64,000 bases of DNA from an uncultured virus (IMG/VR IMGVR_UViG_3300008108_000264). Taxonomy: Duplodnaviria; Heunggongvirae; Uroviricota; Caudoviricetes. Under the pieces are notes generated by a model that had not been told where the DNA came from, searched no databases, and was given only the letters and a program-made list of their open reading frames with translations. The number at the start of each line of letters is the position of its first letter. Positions within the stretch are counted from its first letter, which is position 1. Below, in pieces: positions 1 through 10,800 of this stretch. A program made the translations under genes and the position numbers. The DNA lies in the IMG/VR virus record IMGVR_UViG_3300008108_000264; one strand, 5' to 3'.

Positions 1-2
1 AT

Positions 3-215
3 TTTACTCAACATAGATCTGAAGATAGAAGAGATAAATTCTGGAGCAGAATGGGTGGTAAAAATAGTTCTAAAGCTACTAATCCATTTAGTCCTTTATA
101 CTGGCATAAAAGATTTGGCACTTGGAAAGAAGGTGGTAAAATTTATGACACTAATAGCTTATCTAATGTAGATATGGTAGACTATGTTAAGATGAAAAGA
201 GGTGGAATGTGTTAA
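3..215 (+). CDS. 3' end of a truncated virion-associated protein (FTQHRSEDRRDKFWSR...PLYWHKR...KEGGK...MKRGGMC*)
   Basis: Frame 3 is open from the window edge to TAA at 213-215 (manual translation). It carries xxGG motifs like the downstream genes. Confidence 0.75.
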   Translation, partial: FTQHRSEDRRDKFWSRMGGKNSSKATNPFSPLYWHKRFGTWKEGGKIYDTNSLSNVDMVDYVKMKRGGMC

Positions 216-293
216 CTATGAGTTGACATCTTAAAGATATTATTAAAAATTTAAACATTATTTTTATATAAAAATAAATAATAGCTAATTAAA

Positions 294-827
294 ATGAGAA
301 AATTTAATATGAAAAAAGCAAGAGTGTTATATAGAAAAGGTATACATAATTTTGAACCTCGTACACCTTACGGAATGGGTGGTAAATTATTTTATAAAGA
401 TAGTGGTGAAGCTTTACCTTGTCCTCCTTATTGTGCTGGTCAACTATTTAGTCCAGAACAATTTGAAAATTTAAAAGACCAATCTAGAGGTAGACAGTTT
501 TATAATACTGGTATAAAGAAAGGAATTGATCTTGGTGGTAATGCTGATATGAAAAATTTCTATATAAATCCAGGAGAAGATTATATTAATACTGCACCAG
601 GTGCAGTAGATGCTAATCTAAAAAGAATAAATCAAATGTATTTATCTAATAATAGACAGATGCCAGAATTAAATGCTACTGATAAAAAAAATATTTTAGA
701 TGAAATGAATAAAAGAAGTTTTGACTATCAAAGTAGTGATGAAAAATTAATAGATAAATATTTTAAAAGTATAAAAAGAAATTCTGGTTATATGACAAAA
801 GAAATCAATTTAGAAATCAAGATGTAA
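294..827 (+). CDS. Putative virion internal protein, N-terminal part (probably continues into the 767-1438 frame)
   Basis: 177-aa ORF with an A-rich leader and YGMGGK motif. The -1 frame is open from 767 and joins ORF 896-1438. Confidence 0.65.
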   Translation: MRKFNMKKARVLYRKGIHNFEPRTPYGMGGKLFYKDSGEALPCPPYCAGQLFSPEQFENLKDQSRGRQFYNTGIKKGIDLGGNADMKNFYINPGEDYINTAPGAVDANLKRINQMYLSNNRQMPELNATDKKNILDEMNKRSFDYQSSDEKLIDKYFKSIKRNSGYMTKEINLEIKM

Positions 828-1438
828 ATAACATACTTAATGAAAGATTAGGAGATTATTATAAAGGAATTGATCAATTTGAAATAAATAAGGATATGAA
901 TAATATGCTTAATGAAAGATTATTGGATACTTATAAAGTTCCACCAAGAGATTTATATAATACTCCACCTAAATTAAAACAAGAAGAGTATATGAATCAA
1001 ATAGATCCTTATATACCTAATAGATCATTTAATAATTTACAACAAAATAAAAATGATTTCTATAAAAATCCACTTATGAAAGGTCAATTAGGTACACAAG
1101 TAGAACCTACAGATAGTTTACCTAGTGACTATAAAGTAGATCCATTTAAAAATAATCAAAGTAATTATTCTGGACAAGAATATATTAATGATATGTATAA
1201 TCGTGTTTATAATGTTAAGTATGATATGCAAGGTAAACCCGTAGAGCCTACTACACCATTTGAGAGTGATCCTTTTAATCCTAATTGGATTGAATACAAT
1301 CAAGCGTTAAAAGATTATTATAAGACTTTAGAAAATGATCCAAACAATTACAGTCATATGAAAAAAGGACTTAGACCTAAAACAAGACCTATGAGAGGTT
1401 ATGGTGGAGATTTAAATTACATGAAATATGGAAGATAG
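767..1438 (+). CDS. Putative virion internal protein, C-terminal part (track ORF 896-1438, frame open from 767)
   Basis: The upstream extension NQDVNNILNERLGDYYK repeats the ORF's own NKDMNNMLNERLLDTYK. The C-terminus reads MRGYGGDLNYMKYG. Confidence 0.65.
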   Translation, partial: KYKKKFWLYDKRNQFRNQDVNNILNERLGDYYKGIDQFEINKDMNNMLNERLLDTYKVPPRDLYNTPPKLKQEEYMNQIDPYIPNRSFNNLQQNKNDFYKNPLMKGQLGTQVEPTDSLPSDYKVDPFKNNQSNYSGQEYINDMYNRVYNVKYDMQGKPVEPTTPFESDPFNPNWIEYNQALKDYYKTLENDPNNYSHMKKGLRPKTRPMRGYGGDLNYMKYGR

Positions 1439-3887
1439 AATACATATTGCCAGAACAGAAAAAGAATATAAAGAGGGACTTAAAAATCCCTCTAAAAATA
1501 TAATGTATTTTCCCAACGCAAATCAAATGACAATGAAAGGAATGAGAACTCCTATAAAATATTACGGCATAACCGATGGTAGAATTACAGATGAAGGGTA
1601 TGCTAAACCTGGACAAAAATTTAATGTAAATGGTGTAAGTACTTTAGAAGTACGTGCACCTCAAATGAGATATGGTGGTAGAGTTAAATATCAACTTAGT
1701 GGTCCTACTCCTGAACAAGTTGCACAAGCAGCAAAAGAGCTTTCAAGTAAACCAAGAAATTTAACTATACAGGATGAAGTAAGTGATCCAAATGTAGTAG
1801 CTATGATAGAAAGAGTTTTAGCTAATCCTAATGATCCTAATAATAAAGTTTTATTAAGTGATCCTAAATTTTTAGCTTTAATTGATGCTTATCGTAATAA
1901 ACCTAAACCTATTACAGAAGTATTGAATGACTTAATTGCTGTTATACAAACAGATCCTACAAATGCAGCAGCTGCTGTTGCTAATTTTCAATCTTTATTA
2001 GGTAGTTATTCAACTAAAGATTTAGAAACTGCTTTACCATTAATAAAACAATTTGAATCTCGATTTACTCCAGATGAATTTCAAGGAATTAATAGAACCA
2101 TAAATGACAAAATAATTAGAAGAGATATTGAACTTGATGCAAGTAATCCTAATAAACCTAATAAGCCAGTAGAAATTCAACAACCATTAAAGTATGATAC
2201 TGAAAATGATAAATATCGTACAATACTTGAATCTAATAGAGTTCCAAATCGTTATCAATTTAAATATGCTCCTGAATTATATTCAACAAGATTAGACGCT
2301 AATGGTTTTCCTGTTGAAAATGCTTATCCAGCTATAGAAGATATGCGAAAGATGGAAAATATTGGTGGAGGTAGATCTTATTATTATACTACAGATGAAG
2401 AAAATGAAGAACTTATTGCAATAAATGATCCTAAAGATCCAAGTAAGTTTAGATTTTTTACTATGAATAATGATCCTAATAATGCTTTTGGAAATGAATT
2501 TGGTGTAGCAAGTAGTAGAGAATTTAATGTAGATGGACTTAAACCTAAAACACCTAAACCTCGTGGAACTGCTTCTTCTGGATACCCTATTCCTGATTGG
2601 ATTGGTGCAGGTAAAGAATATGAATCAGTAGAAGATTATCAAAAAGCCATAAAAGAATTTTTAAAAGAAAATCCAAATATTAAATATACTTTAGCTGGTA
2701 AAAATGAAGGTGTAGATAATGATTATGGTACTACTTCACATCTATTTTTAAGTGATCCTACTAGAAAAGCTGCATTTGAAAAGTGGAAAGAAAGTAAAAA
2801 AACAGTTACTGCACCTCCAATAATTATTGATTATAGTAATCCAACTAAAACTGAAGAAAAATCAGTAAAAACTACTACTACAACTAGTCCAGCTGAAGCT
2901 AAAAAAGATGTAACAGTTGATGGTGATAAAATAGTTAGATATACTGATCCTAATTCTGTAGAATCTATTTACTTAGATGAAAAAAGATATCCTAATAGAT
3001 GGGTTCAAACTCCTATGGGTTATGTAAAATTAAATGATGGATATAATCATTTACCAAAAGGACATCAAGTTAGTTATAATACAAATTACCCAAGTGTTCA
3101 AGATGGTTATTTTGGAACAAGTAATCCTCGTGGAACAATTGATTCTAACGATCTTGATGATGAACTTAAAAGACGTAAAAAATTAATGGATTTTTATCCT
3201 GGTTCACTTAATAGTTCGACTAAAAGAGATGAAATGAATTTTGGACCTGGTATTTCTAATATTCCATCTATACCAACTTTATTTAATTCAAAAAAAATAG
3301 CTCAAAAATTAAAAGGAGCATATGATAAACTAGATGAAGGTTTTGATAATTTTACTAATATGATGAATTCAGATCGTTCTGATAGAGCTGCAAGAAGAGC
3401 AGAAAGATTTTTAGCTAGAGCTGAAGCTGCAGAGGCAATTGGAAACGATAGACAAGCTGGTAGACTATATAGAAAAGCTGATAGACAAATAGCTAGAATT
3501 GAACCTTTAAAACGTATCCAAGATGCTAATGAAGCAAGAAAAGATTTTGAAGCTCAAATTGGTTTAAATAGAATGGATTATCGTTTAGGTCTAAAAGAAA
3601 ATAGAGCTAATGAAAAAATGATTACTGCTAAATCAGAATCATTAATGTCTCCTGAATATTATCAAAATTTAAAATATAATAAACAATTTGTTCAATCTGG
3701 AAATGAAGATAGACGTAGAAAAAGAATTGAAGGTAGATATAACAGAGCTGAATTAGATGCTATAAGAAAAGCTGAAAGAAATAGGATTATAGATGATAGT
3801 AGAGACTTTAGAACTGGATTAATTCAAAATTATAAAACAATTAAAAATCAATATAACGAAGAAGATAAAATGAATTACTTAGATTAA
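1428..3887 (+). CDS. Large Cys-free virion internal/cargo protein, N-terminal part
   Basis: 819-aa ORF with MRYGGRVKYQLSG motif, positioned before the ejection genes. Confidence 0.7.
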   Translation: MEDRIHIARTEKEYKEGLKNPSKNIMYFPNANQMTMKGMRTPIKYYGITDGRITDEGYAKPGQKFNVNGVSTLEVRAPQMRYGGRVKYQLSGPTPEQVAQAAKELSSKPRNLTIQDEVSDPNVVAMIERVLANPNDPNNKVLLSDPKFLALIDAYRNKPKPITEVLNDLIAVIQTDPTNAAAAVANFQSLLGSYSTKDLETALPLIKQFESRFTPDEFQGINRTINDKIIRRDIELDASNPNKPNKPVEIQQPLKYDTENDKYRTILESNRVPNRYQFKYAPELYSTRLDANGFPVENAYPAIEDMRKMENIGGGRSYYYTTDEENEELIAINDPKDPSKFRFFTMNNDPNNAFGNEFGVASSREFNVDGLKPKTPKPRGTASSGYPIPDWIGAGKEYESVEDYQKAIKEFLKENPNIKYTLAGKNEGVDNDYGTTSHLFLSDPTRKAAFEKWKESKKTVTAPPIIIDYSNPTKTEEKSVKTTTTTSPAEAKKDVTVDGDKIVRYTDPNSVESIYLDEKRYPNRWVQTPMGYVKLNDGYNHLPKGHQVSYNTNYPSVQDGYFGTSNPRGTIDSNDLDDELKRRKKLMDFYPGSLNSSTKRDEMNFGPGISNIPSIPTLFNSKKIAQKLKGAYDKLDEGFDNFTNMMNSDRSDRAARRAERFLARAEAAEAIGNDRQAGRLYRKADRQIARIEPLKRIQDANEARKDFEAQIGLNRMDYRLGLKENRANEKMITAKSESLMSPEYYQNLKYNKQFVQSGNEDRRRKRIEGRYNRAELDAIRKAERNRIIDDSRDFRTGLIQNYKTIKNQYNEEDKMNYLD

Positions 3888-5101
3888 AAAGATTAGGAGA
3901 GGAAAATAAAGAAAAAAATAAATTACCAATTTATGATCAAAATGATGAAGAATTACCTACATATAAATTAGGTGGTGAATTACCTAAATTTGCAGGTAGT
4001 GGTTTATTTAATGGAGATCCAGATCCAATACCACATAATTATCCAATGTGGACTCCAACTAAATATAATTTTGATCCTTGGACACCGAAAGAAAAACCAG
4101 AACCTATTAAAATGCCTAGAATTGATGCATCTAAAGATTTTTCAAATTGGGTAAAAAATGAAGATGAAAAATTTCATAATTATTATTTTGATATTGGTAA
4201 CCCAGCTGTAGTAGAAGAAAATGGTTATTGGATAAATGCTAAAAATAAGGATCCTAAAAATTCTAAAGGTCCTGGTATGAAATTTTATGGATTTACTCCG
4301 GGCGAATGGACACAGTTTACAGGTACAATGATGCCAGCTTTTTATAACTTAGCACAATCAATGAGAAAACCTCATAAGTTTAAAGAGTTTCAAAATCCAT
4401 ATGCTGGTAGATATTTAAGTAATCTTGCTTCACAATACATGCCTTATGATGATAGTAAAATTGTAGCACAACAAAATAGAGTTATGAGAAGTGCTCAACA
4501 GCAAGCTCCTAACTTTCAAACTGCACAAGCTTATCAAATGGCTGGAATGGATGGTTTAAATAGACAGTTGAAAGATTATCAGATGAAGAATTATATGGCT
4601 AATCAAGATTATGCTAGTAAATATAATGAAGCTGCTTATAATGTTGCAGGTCAACAGCAAGCTATTAAAGCTCAAACTTATGAGAATGATAGAAAAGCTC
4701 AAGCTGCACTTAATCAAATGCAACATAAAGCTGTTACTCAAATGGGTATTGGTATTCATGATCTTGGTAAACTTATGGTTAATCGTGAAATGAATGCAAT
4801 GGATTGGCAATTAATGAGTCAAGTATATCAGCAATATGGTTTAGCTCCATTTGAAGCTGTAATGAGTGGAGAAATAAGTTATAAAGATATGATTGAATTT
4901 AATAAGAATCCTGCAGCAATGACACAGTTTCTTAATAGATATGAAAAAGCTAAATCTGAAAATGCTGCAGCTAAACAACAACAAACAAAAACTACTACTG
5001 AAGATGTAAGTAATGCTGGTATTAACGCTAGTGTTACTACAACGGAACCAAAGAGAAATGGAGGAAGAGTTTTTAATTTAAATGTAATTAAAAAGTATTA
5101 A
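3869..5101 (+). CDS. Virion cargo protein C-terminal part (track ORF 4046-5101, frame open from 3869); Gln/Ala-rich helical region
   Basis: The frame is stop-free from 3869 (NELLRLKRLGEE...YKLGGELPKFAGSG...) with no ATG until 4046. It ends KRNGGRVF... Confidence 0.7.
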   Translation, partial: NELLRLKRLGEENKEKNKLPIYDQNDEELPTYKLGGELPKFAGSGLFNGDPDPIPHNYPMWTPTKYNFDPWTPKEKPEPIKMPRIDASKDFSNWVKNEDEKFHNYYFDIGNPAVVEENGYWINAKNKDPKNSKGPGMKFYGFTPGEWTQFTGTMMPAFYNLAQSMRKPHKFKEFQNPYAGRYLSNLASQYMPYDDSKIVAQQNRVMRSAQQQAPNFQTAQAYQMAGMDGLNRQLKDYQMKNYMANQDYASKYNEAAYNVAGQQQAIKAQTYENDRKAQAALNQMQHKAVTQMGIGIHDLGKLMVNREMNAMDWQLMSQVYQQYGLAPFEAVMSGEISYKDMIEFNKNPAAMTQFLNRYEKAKSENAAAKQQQTKTTTEDVSNAGINASVTTTEPKRNGGRVFNLNVIKKY

Positions 5102-5106
5102 AAAAT

Positions 5107-5997
5107 ATGGCAACAGATTTTACGGGCTTTATGCCAGAAGAGACCGGCGCGGAACAAGTTCGCGTCGAGTCTTTTTTTAAACCAAATCTTCAATTAATAG
5201 ATAGAGTATTAGCTACTCGTCAACAGATGTATAATACTAATTTAGATGCAATGGCTAAAGCTAAAGCTAAAGTTGATGAAGTTAATGCTCTTGAAGGATA
5301 CGATAAAGAAGAATGGTTTAAGATGCAACAAAAATATGATAATGAAATAGCTGGTATTATGGCTTTATATGAAGGTGACCTTAGTAAAGCAAATGCTGAA
5401 TTATATGGATTTTCTACTAGTGTAGGAAAAGATTTTGGTGTTCATGGTAAAGCTACTGCTATTAATGAAAGAGCTTTAGGTTATATGATGAATAAAAAAG
5501 AATTAGATAAAAGATTAGCTGAAGGTAAAATTGAACGTGGTCAATATTGGAGATTAGAAGAAGAGTTAGAAAGAACTAAAGATATTGGTATAGGTACTGA
5601 TGCTAAAGCTTATAATTCATGGAGAAAAATTAATCCAATAGATGCAATAGATTTTGATGAATTTGCTACTAAATTTTTAGCAACTAAAGAATCAGATTTA
5701 ATAGCTGATGGTTGGAAAAGAAAATCAGATGAAGCTGGGTATCATGTTTGGGAAAATGTAAATCGTGATGTAATTACTTATGAATCAATCTTAAAAGAAT
5801 TAGGAGATGCTTTTCGTGCTAAAGCTCAAAAGACTGGTCAATTAGTTGATGATTTTGATTATAATCTTTATAAGAATCAAATTAAAATGACTAATGTAGA
5901 ATATGTTAATAAGTATACAGCTGCAGCTGCAGAAAAAAGAAAAGTTATTGAACAGTTAAAGGCTACACCTAAAACAAATGAGGAAAAGATTGCTTAA
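5107..5997 (+). CDS. Putative ejection protein, N-terminal part
   Basis: 296-aa helical, Cys-free ORF in the position crAss-like genomes use for the gene preceding the giant proteins. Confidence 0.65.
   Translation: MATDFTGFMPEETGAEQVRVESFFKPNLQLIDRVLATRQQMYNTNLDAMAKAKAKVDEVNALEGYDKEEWFKMQQKYDNEIAGIMALYEGDLSKANAELYGFSTSVGKDFGVHGKATAINERALGYMMNKKELDKRLAEGKIERGQYWRLEEELERTKDIGIGTDAKAYNSWRKINPIDAIDFDEFATKFLATKESDLIADGWKRKSDEAGYHVWENVNRDVITYESILKELGDAFRAKAQKTGQLVDDFDYNLYKNQIKMTNVEYVNKYTAAAAEKRKVIEQLKATPKTNEEKIA
5141..5178 (+). terminator. GC-rich hairpin plus U7 tract inside the 5' end of CDS 5107 (intragenic intrinsic terminator/attenuator)
   Basis: AGACCGGCGCGGAA-CAAG-TTCGCGTCGAGTCT followed by TTTTTT. 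Confidence 0.6.
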
Positions 5998-7804
5998 AGT
6001 ATTAAACAATGATCAATTAAGAGCTTATTACTATGAAGACTATACTAATAGTCAAATTAGAAGATTAGCTGATCCATATGCTGCTTCTAAGTCACGCGAT
6101 AAGGTAACAATTCAAAGAGACATGAAAGAAAATCAATGGCTTGAATTGGAAATATATAGAAGAAAGAAAGAGATAGATAAACAATATGAAGCTGTAGAAC
6201 CTATTGTTAATACAAGTGAAGGAGTAAGATTAAGTAATGCTGATCAAATTAAATCTATGACTAAAGTATTAACAGATTTAAATAAAGATAGAAAAGATAT
6301 AGAAGGTGAATTAAATCAATTAAATGCGGATTATAATAAAACTAAAAATGAAGCAATAATGAATAAAATAGTAACTTTAAAAGCTAAACTTGGTCAAACT
6401 ATAGCTAGAATTAATAGTGTATCTCAAGCTCAATTTAAAATTGATAATCAAATGAAAGAGTTAGGTATGACTACTAATAGTGAGATTGTATCAAACCATT
6501 TATCTGATTTTGTAAAAGGTTTAGGTGTACCTACATCACAATTTAGTTATTTTTATCCTTATTGGCAAAATAGAAAATTTAATTCTAATCATTATTCTTT
6601 AGTAGCAGCTTTAACTTCAGAAGAAAGAAAAAGAATATTTAAAACAGATGATATTGAACAAATTAAAAAAATGGATATAACTGATGTAAATTTATATTTA
6701 CATACTTATTATCACAATCCTAATAGTGCAGCATTTAAAAGAGCAGTTCAGTGGACATCTGATAATTTACATGATGAAGCTTATGATATTCCTTATCAAA
6801 CTGTTAGAGAAGATGCAAGTGGTATGGATATTGAAAGAATTGATATTCTTCCGTTTAAAGCTTTAAGAGATAAAGTAGAACGAAATAGTGATAAATACAT
6901 TCAAAAATCTAATCAAGGAATAGTTATTACTCCACAAGCTGAATTTTTTTATACAGATCCAGAAAAAGGTAATGCTCCAATGGTAGATTTTATGAGATCA
7001 TTACTACCTACATTTCAAAGTAATCCTGCAGCATTTAAAAATTCTTTAGGTAAACAAATTACTTTAGAATTACCTAAAACTAAATATTATACAAGTGATG
7101 GAAAAGAAGCAGTAGCAGATTTAAGAACAGTTCAACCAGGAGACATAAGTATACCTAAAGAACCATTAGATGGTATAATGTATGGTCAAATTCCATTAAG
7201 AGATGGAGCTGGAAAACTTTTATATGAAAAAGATAGACAAGGTAAGTTAATACCAGCTACTACTTGGTTTGTACCTGACAATCAATCAAATTGGAATTCT
7301 AATCTTAGTGCAATGGGTCTTGCAAATATGAATTCTACTATTACTCGAGTTAAAGCTGGTATAACAAGTCAAGGTAATGACAAATTAGCTAATCTTAATG
7401 ATAATGAAAGAATGCAATATTTTGAAACAGATAATAATAATTATATTAATCATTTAAGTCAAGTAGCTGCTGTTGAATATGTAACTACATGGCAAACAGC
7501 AGGATTAACTAATCTAAGAAGAGGTGAGAAAACATATCTACCAGATGGTAAAGGTGGATATTATGCTATTGCTAGAGGATATTATAATGATGGAAAATGG
7601 ATAGCAAGTGATCAATATGGATTATATGGAACAAGTACGAATGAAAAAGGTGAATTACAAATTGATACACAACCTAGACCACTTATTAAACCACATTTAG
7701 GTACAGCAATTGGAGTTATTAAACCTCAATCAGGTTTACTATTTAATAGTTTAAATGAATTAGGACAAGCAGTACAATTTACTAACACTTATCAAATAAA
7801 ATAA
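5978..7804 (+). CDS. Putative ejection protein, C-terminal part (overlaps 5107-5997 by 20 nt in the +1 frame)
   Basis: 608-aa Cys-free ORF with a coiled coil; the frame opens only at 5960. Confidence 0.65.
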   Translation: MRKRLLKVLNNDQLRAYYYEDYTNSQIRRLADPYAASKSRDKVTIQRDMKENQWLELEIYRRKKEIDKQYEAVEPIVNTSEGVRLSNADQIKSMTKVLTDLNKDRKDIEGELNQLNADYNKTKNEAIMNKIVTLKAKLGQTIARINSVSQAQFKIDNQMKELGMTTNSEIVSNHLSDFVKGLGVPTSQFSYFYPYWQNRKFNSNHYSLVAALTSEERKRIFKTDDIEQIKKMDITDVNLYLHTYYHNPNSAAFKRAVQWTSDNLHDEAYDIPYQTVREDASGMDIERIDILPFKALRDKVERNSDKYIQKSNQGIVITPQAEFFYTDPEKGNAPMVDFMRSLLPTFQSNPAAFKNSLGKQITLELPKTKYYTSDGKEAVADLRTVQPGDISIPKEPLDGIMYGQIPLRDGAGKLLYEKDRQGKLIPATTWFVPDNQSNWNSNLSAMGLANMNSTITRVKAGITSQGNDKLANLNDNERMQYFETDNNNYINHLSQVAAVEYVTTWQTAGLTNLRRGEKTYLPDGKGGYYAIARGYYNDGKWIASDQYGLYGTSTNEKGELQIDTQPRPLIKPHLGTAIGVIKPQSGLLFNSLNELGQAVQFTNTYQIK

Positions 7805-7805
7805 T

Positions 7806-10800
7806 ATGACAGAGCCAGAAATTAATAATTATGATATAAACATCCCTGGTATACTTAGTGATGATTATTTTGAAAAAATGAATTATGCTCATAGTGTAAA
7901 TCCTGAAGGTAAATTTAGTCCTACATTTATAACAGGAGATCGTTTAGTAACTGAAAATTTAGATTTAAAACCTTATCAAAAATATTTAGGTGAGCATTTA
8001 TTACCAAATCAGGATCTTGATTACTTAAGAGCTGAAGCACAACCTTGGACAGAAGAAGTAATGAATGGTTTATTTAATCTACCAGGTTCTATTGTAGGTG
8101 GACTTATTGAAAATGTTGGTTACATGGGAGCATTGGTAACTGAATGGGGTGATGATAGAGATTATAGTAATACTTTTACAGAAGCAGGTAAAGGTCTTAA
8201 AGATTGGTGGAAAGCCAATGCAGGTGGTGAAATATATAGAAAAAATCCTAATAAAGTATGGGATCCAATGGATACTGCATGGTGGGTATCACATGGTGAA
8301 GGGCTAGTTGAATCTGTTGGAGAATTTCTTATTACAGGTTATGGTATAGGTTCTGCATTAGGTAAAGGTGCAGGATTACTTGCTAGTACTGTAAAAAGTG
8401 CTAAATATAGTGCTGCTGCTACTAGAGCTTTATCAGGAGCTGCTCAAGTTGGTACAGCTGCTACATTAGCTTATACTGAAGGTGCAATGTCTGGTGCTCA
8501 AATATATGGAGAAGTTTATAAAGAGCAATATGAAAAACAATTAGCTTTATCAGGTAATCAAACTGAAGCTGCAAAAATAGCTAAACATAGAGCTGCTCAA
8601 GCTGCTGCTACTACAGTTCAAATAAATACAACTATTAATACTCTTTTAAATATTGGTTCAGTTGCTCCATTATTTAGATCTAAAGATTATTTAGCTACTA
8701 ATTCTGTTAGAGCTGCTGGTAAAAGAAATGCTCAAAACATGCTTGAAGCTACTACAAGACAAGCAGGAGATCAAATGGATGATATAATTGCCAGAACTTC
8801 TAACTTACAATGGATGAAAACATCTGGAAAAAAATGGTTAGCTGGAGAAACTATTAAAGAAGGTTTTGAAGAACAAGTTAACTTGTTTGCTGAACAATCA
8901 GGTAAGCGAGTAGGAGCAATGAGTGATAAGGAATTTGCTGAGTCAGAGTATGATAGTTACTTAGGTTACTTTAATCAATTTAAACAGTTAGGTAATTTTG
9001 CTAAAGATGTATTTACAGAAGAAGGTGCACTTAATTTTGTATTAGGTGCATTTGGTGGTTTTGCACAAAGTGGTGCTATGCGATATCTTGCTCCTGTTAA
9101 AGTAGTAGAAAGAAATGAACAGACTGGTGAAATGATAAAGAATGCAGATGGTACTCCAAAAATGAAATGGACGAGATCTATAGTAAATGAAAGAACTCAA
9201 GAAAGAATTGCATTTAATAGAATGCAAAATTCTGTAGTAGGAGATTTAAAAAGATTTAAAGAACTATCTACAAAATTAAATAATCTTGTAACAAGTACAG
9301 ATAATAGTATAAGTCAAGATGAAAAAGAAAGGATGATTGAAGATGTACGTCAAGAATTATTTGATCTTGAGGCTTATAGATCTGTAAGAAATGGTACAGC
9401 TGATTATTTAAAAGGTACATTTGAATATATTGGTGGTTTAGATAATACTACACAATTAGGTAAGAATCAAGAATATATAGATAAATTAGAAGGTATAAAA
9501 GCTAGAATTGAGGAAGAGAATCAAAAGCCTGATGGTGAAAGAGACGATGACAAAATAAAATTAATGAATGCTACTAAAGAAAGATTAGAAGCAGCAATGC
9601 AAAATCCTCAAATGACACAAGCTATGTATGAGGGTTATGCTGAAAAACCTAATACTGATAGTCATAAAAAAAGATCTGAAATTGCTATTAAGGAAATTGA
9701 TAATTATACTAAGATGTATCATGATGTAATGTCAAGGTATAATTATGGTGATGAAGAAACTTCAGGATTAGCTGAAACTTTATTTAATTTAAAACTAGAA
9801 AATAATACTAGAAAAAGAAAATTAGAAAGGAATAAACAAAAAATTGAAACTTATAAGAAAAAAGTTCAAGAGAATATTGAAAGTCAATTTGGTGATTTAG
9901 ATCTTTCATTAGCTGATGCTGTTTCAATACAAGCAGAAATAGAAGCTCTTGAGCAAGAGTTATCTGAAATAGATGATACTGCTGATGATATTATTGCAAA
10001 GAAAAGTACTGATCAATATACATCTTATGTTGATAGTTTAATGAAAAAATATCCTACTATAGTATCTGAAGGTAAAGCTAGAGGTAAAAGTAAAAAACAA
10101 ATTGAACGTCAATTAATAGAAAAAGAAAGATATAATGTTAGTAAACAAAAAGAAAATATAAATAATAAAATATCAACATTAATTGATAAGAAGTATCAGA
10201 AATTAAAAGAATCTTTTGAGATAAATAAAGTTAAAGATTCAGAGTTTATGGCTCTTGTTTATGCCACGAAATCTGAAGAAGAACTAAATAAAGAATTAGA
10301 AGACTATATCCAGAAAAAAGAAGAGCAACTTAAAAATTTTAATACTCAATTAGATAATGAATTAGTTAAATATTATAGACTAATAAATCAAGATGAACTT
10401 GATATTCAAATTCTTATGGAAGAATATACTAAGTTATCATCAAGTATAGGTAGAAAAGAATTTGTAGAAAACGGTAAAGCTTTTTTTGAAAGAATTAAAG
10501 CAGTTGAAGCTAAGAGACAAGAAGAGCAGAAAAAAGAAGATGAAAAAGCTGAAGCTAAAAAGCAAGGTTATTTTACTATAGAAGAAACAGCTGATGGTAA
10601 ATTTGGTGTATTTGATAAGAATGATAAATTAATTGAAGCATTTGATACTGAAGAAGAAGCTATAGCTAAAGCTGATGAGTTAAATAAAGAGATAGAAGAA
10701 AAGAAAAAGAAAGATGGGGAAGAGGCTGATGATAAAACAGATTATGATTTTAAATATAGAGGTAATGGTCAACAACATAATAAGAACTTAGAGTTTTTAA

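Noticed and set aside
223..252. Sigma70-like TTGACA promoter upstream of ORF 294
   Set aside because: No well-spaced -10 element; the likely host uses a different consensus and the AT-rich background makes chance matches common.
1421..1438. Possible additional frameshift fusing ORF 896 (MKYGR*) to ORF 1428
   Set aside because: ORF 1428 has its own ATG in an ordinary 11-nt overlap, so it cannot be distinguished from normal translational coupling.
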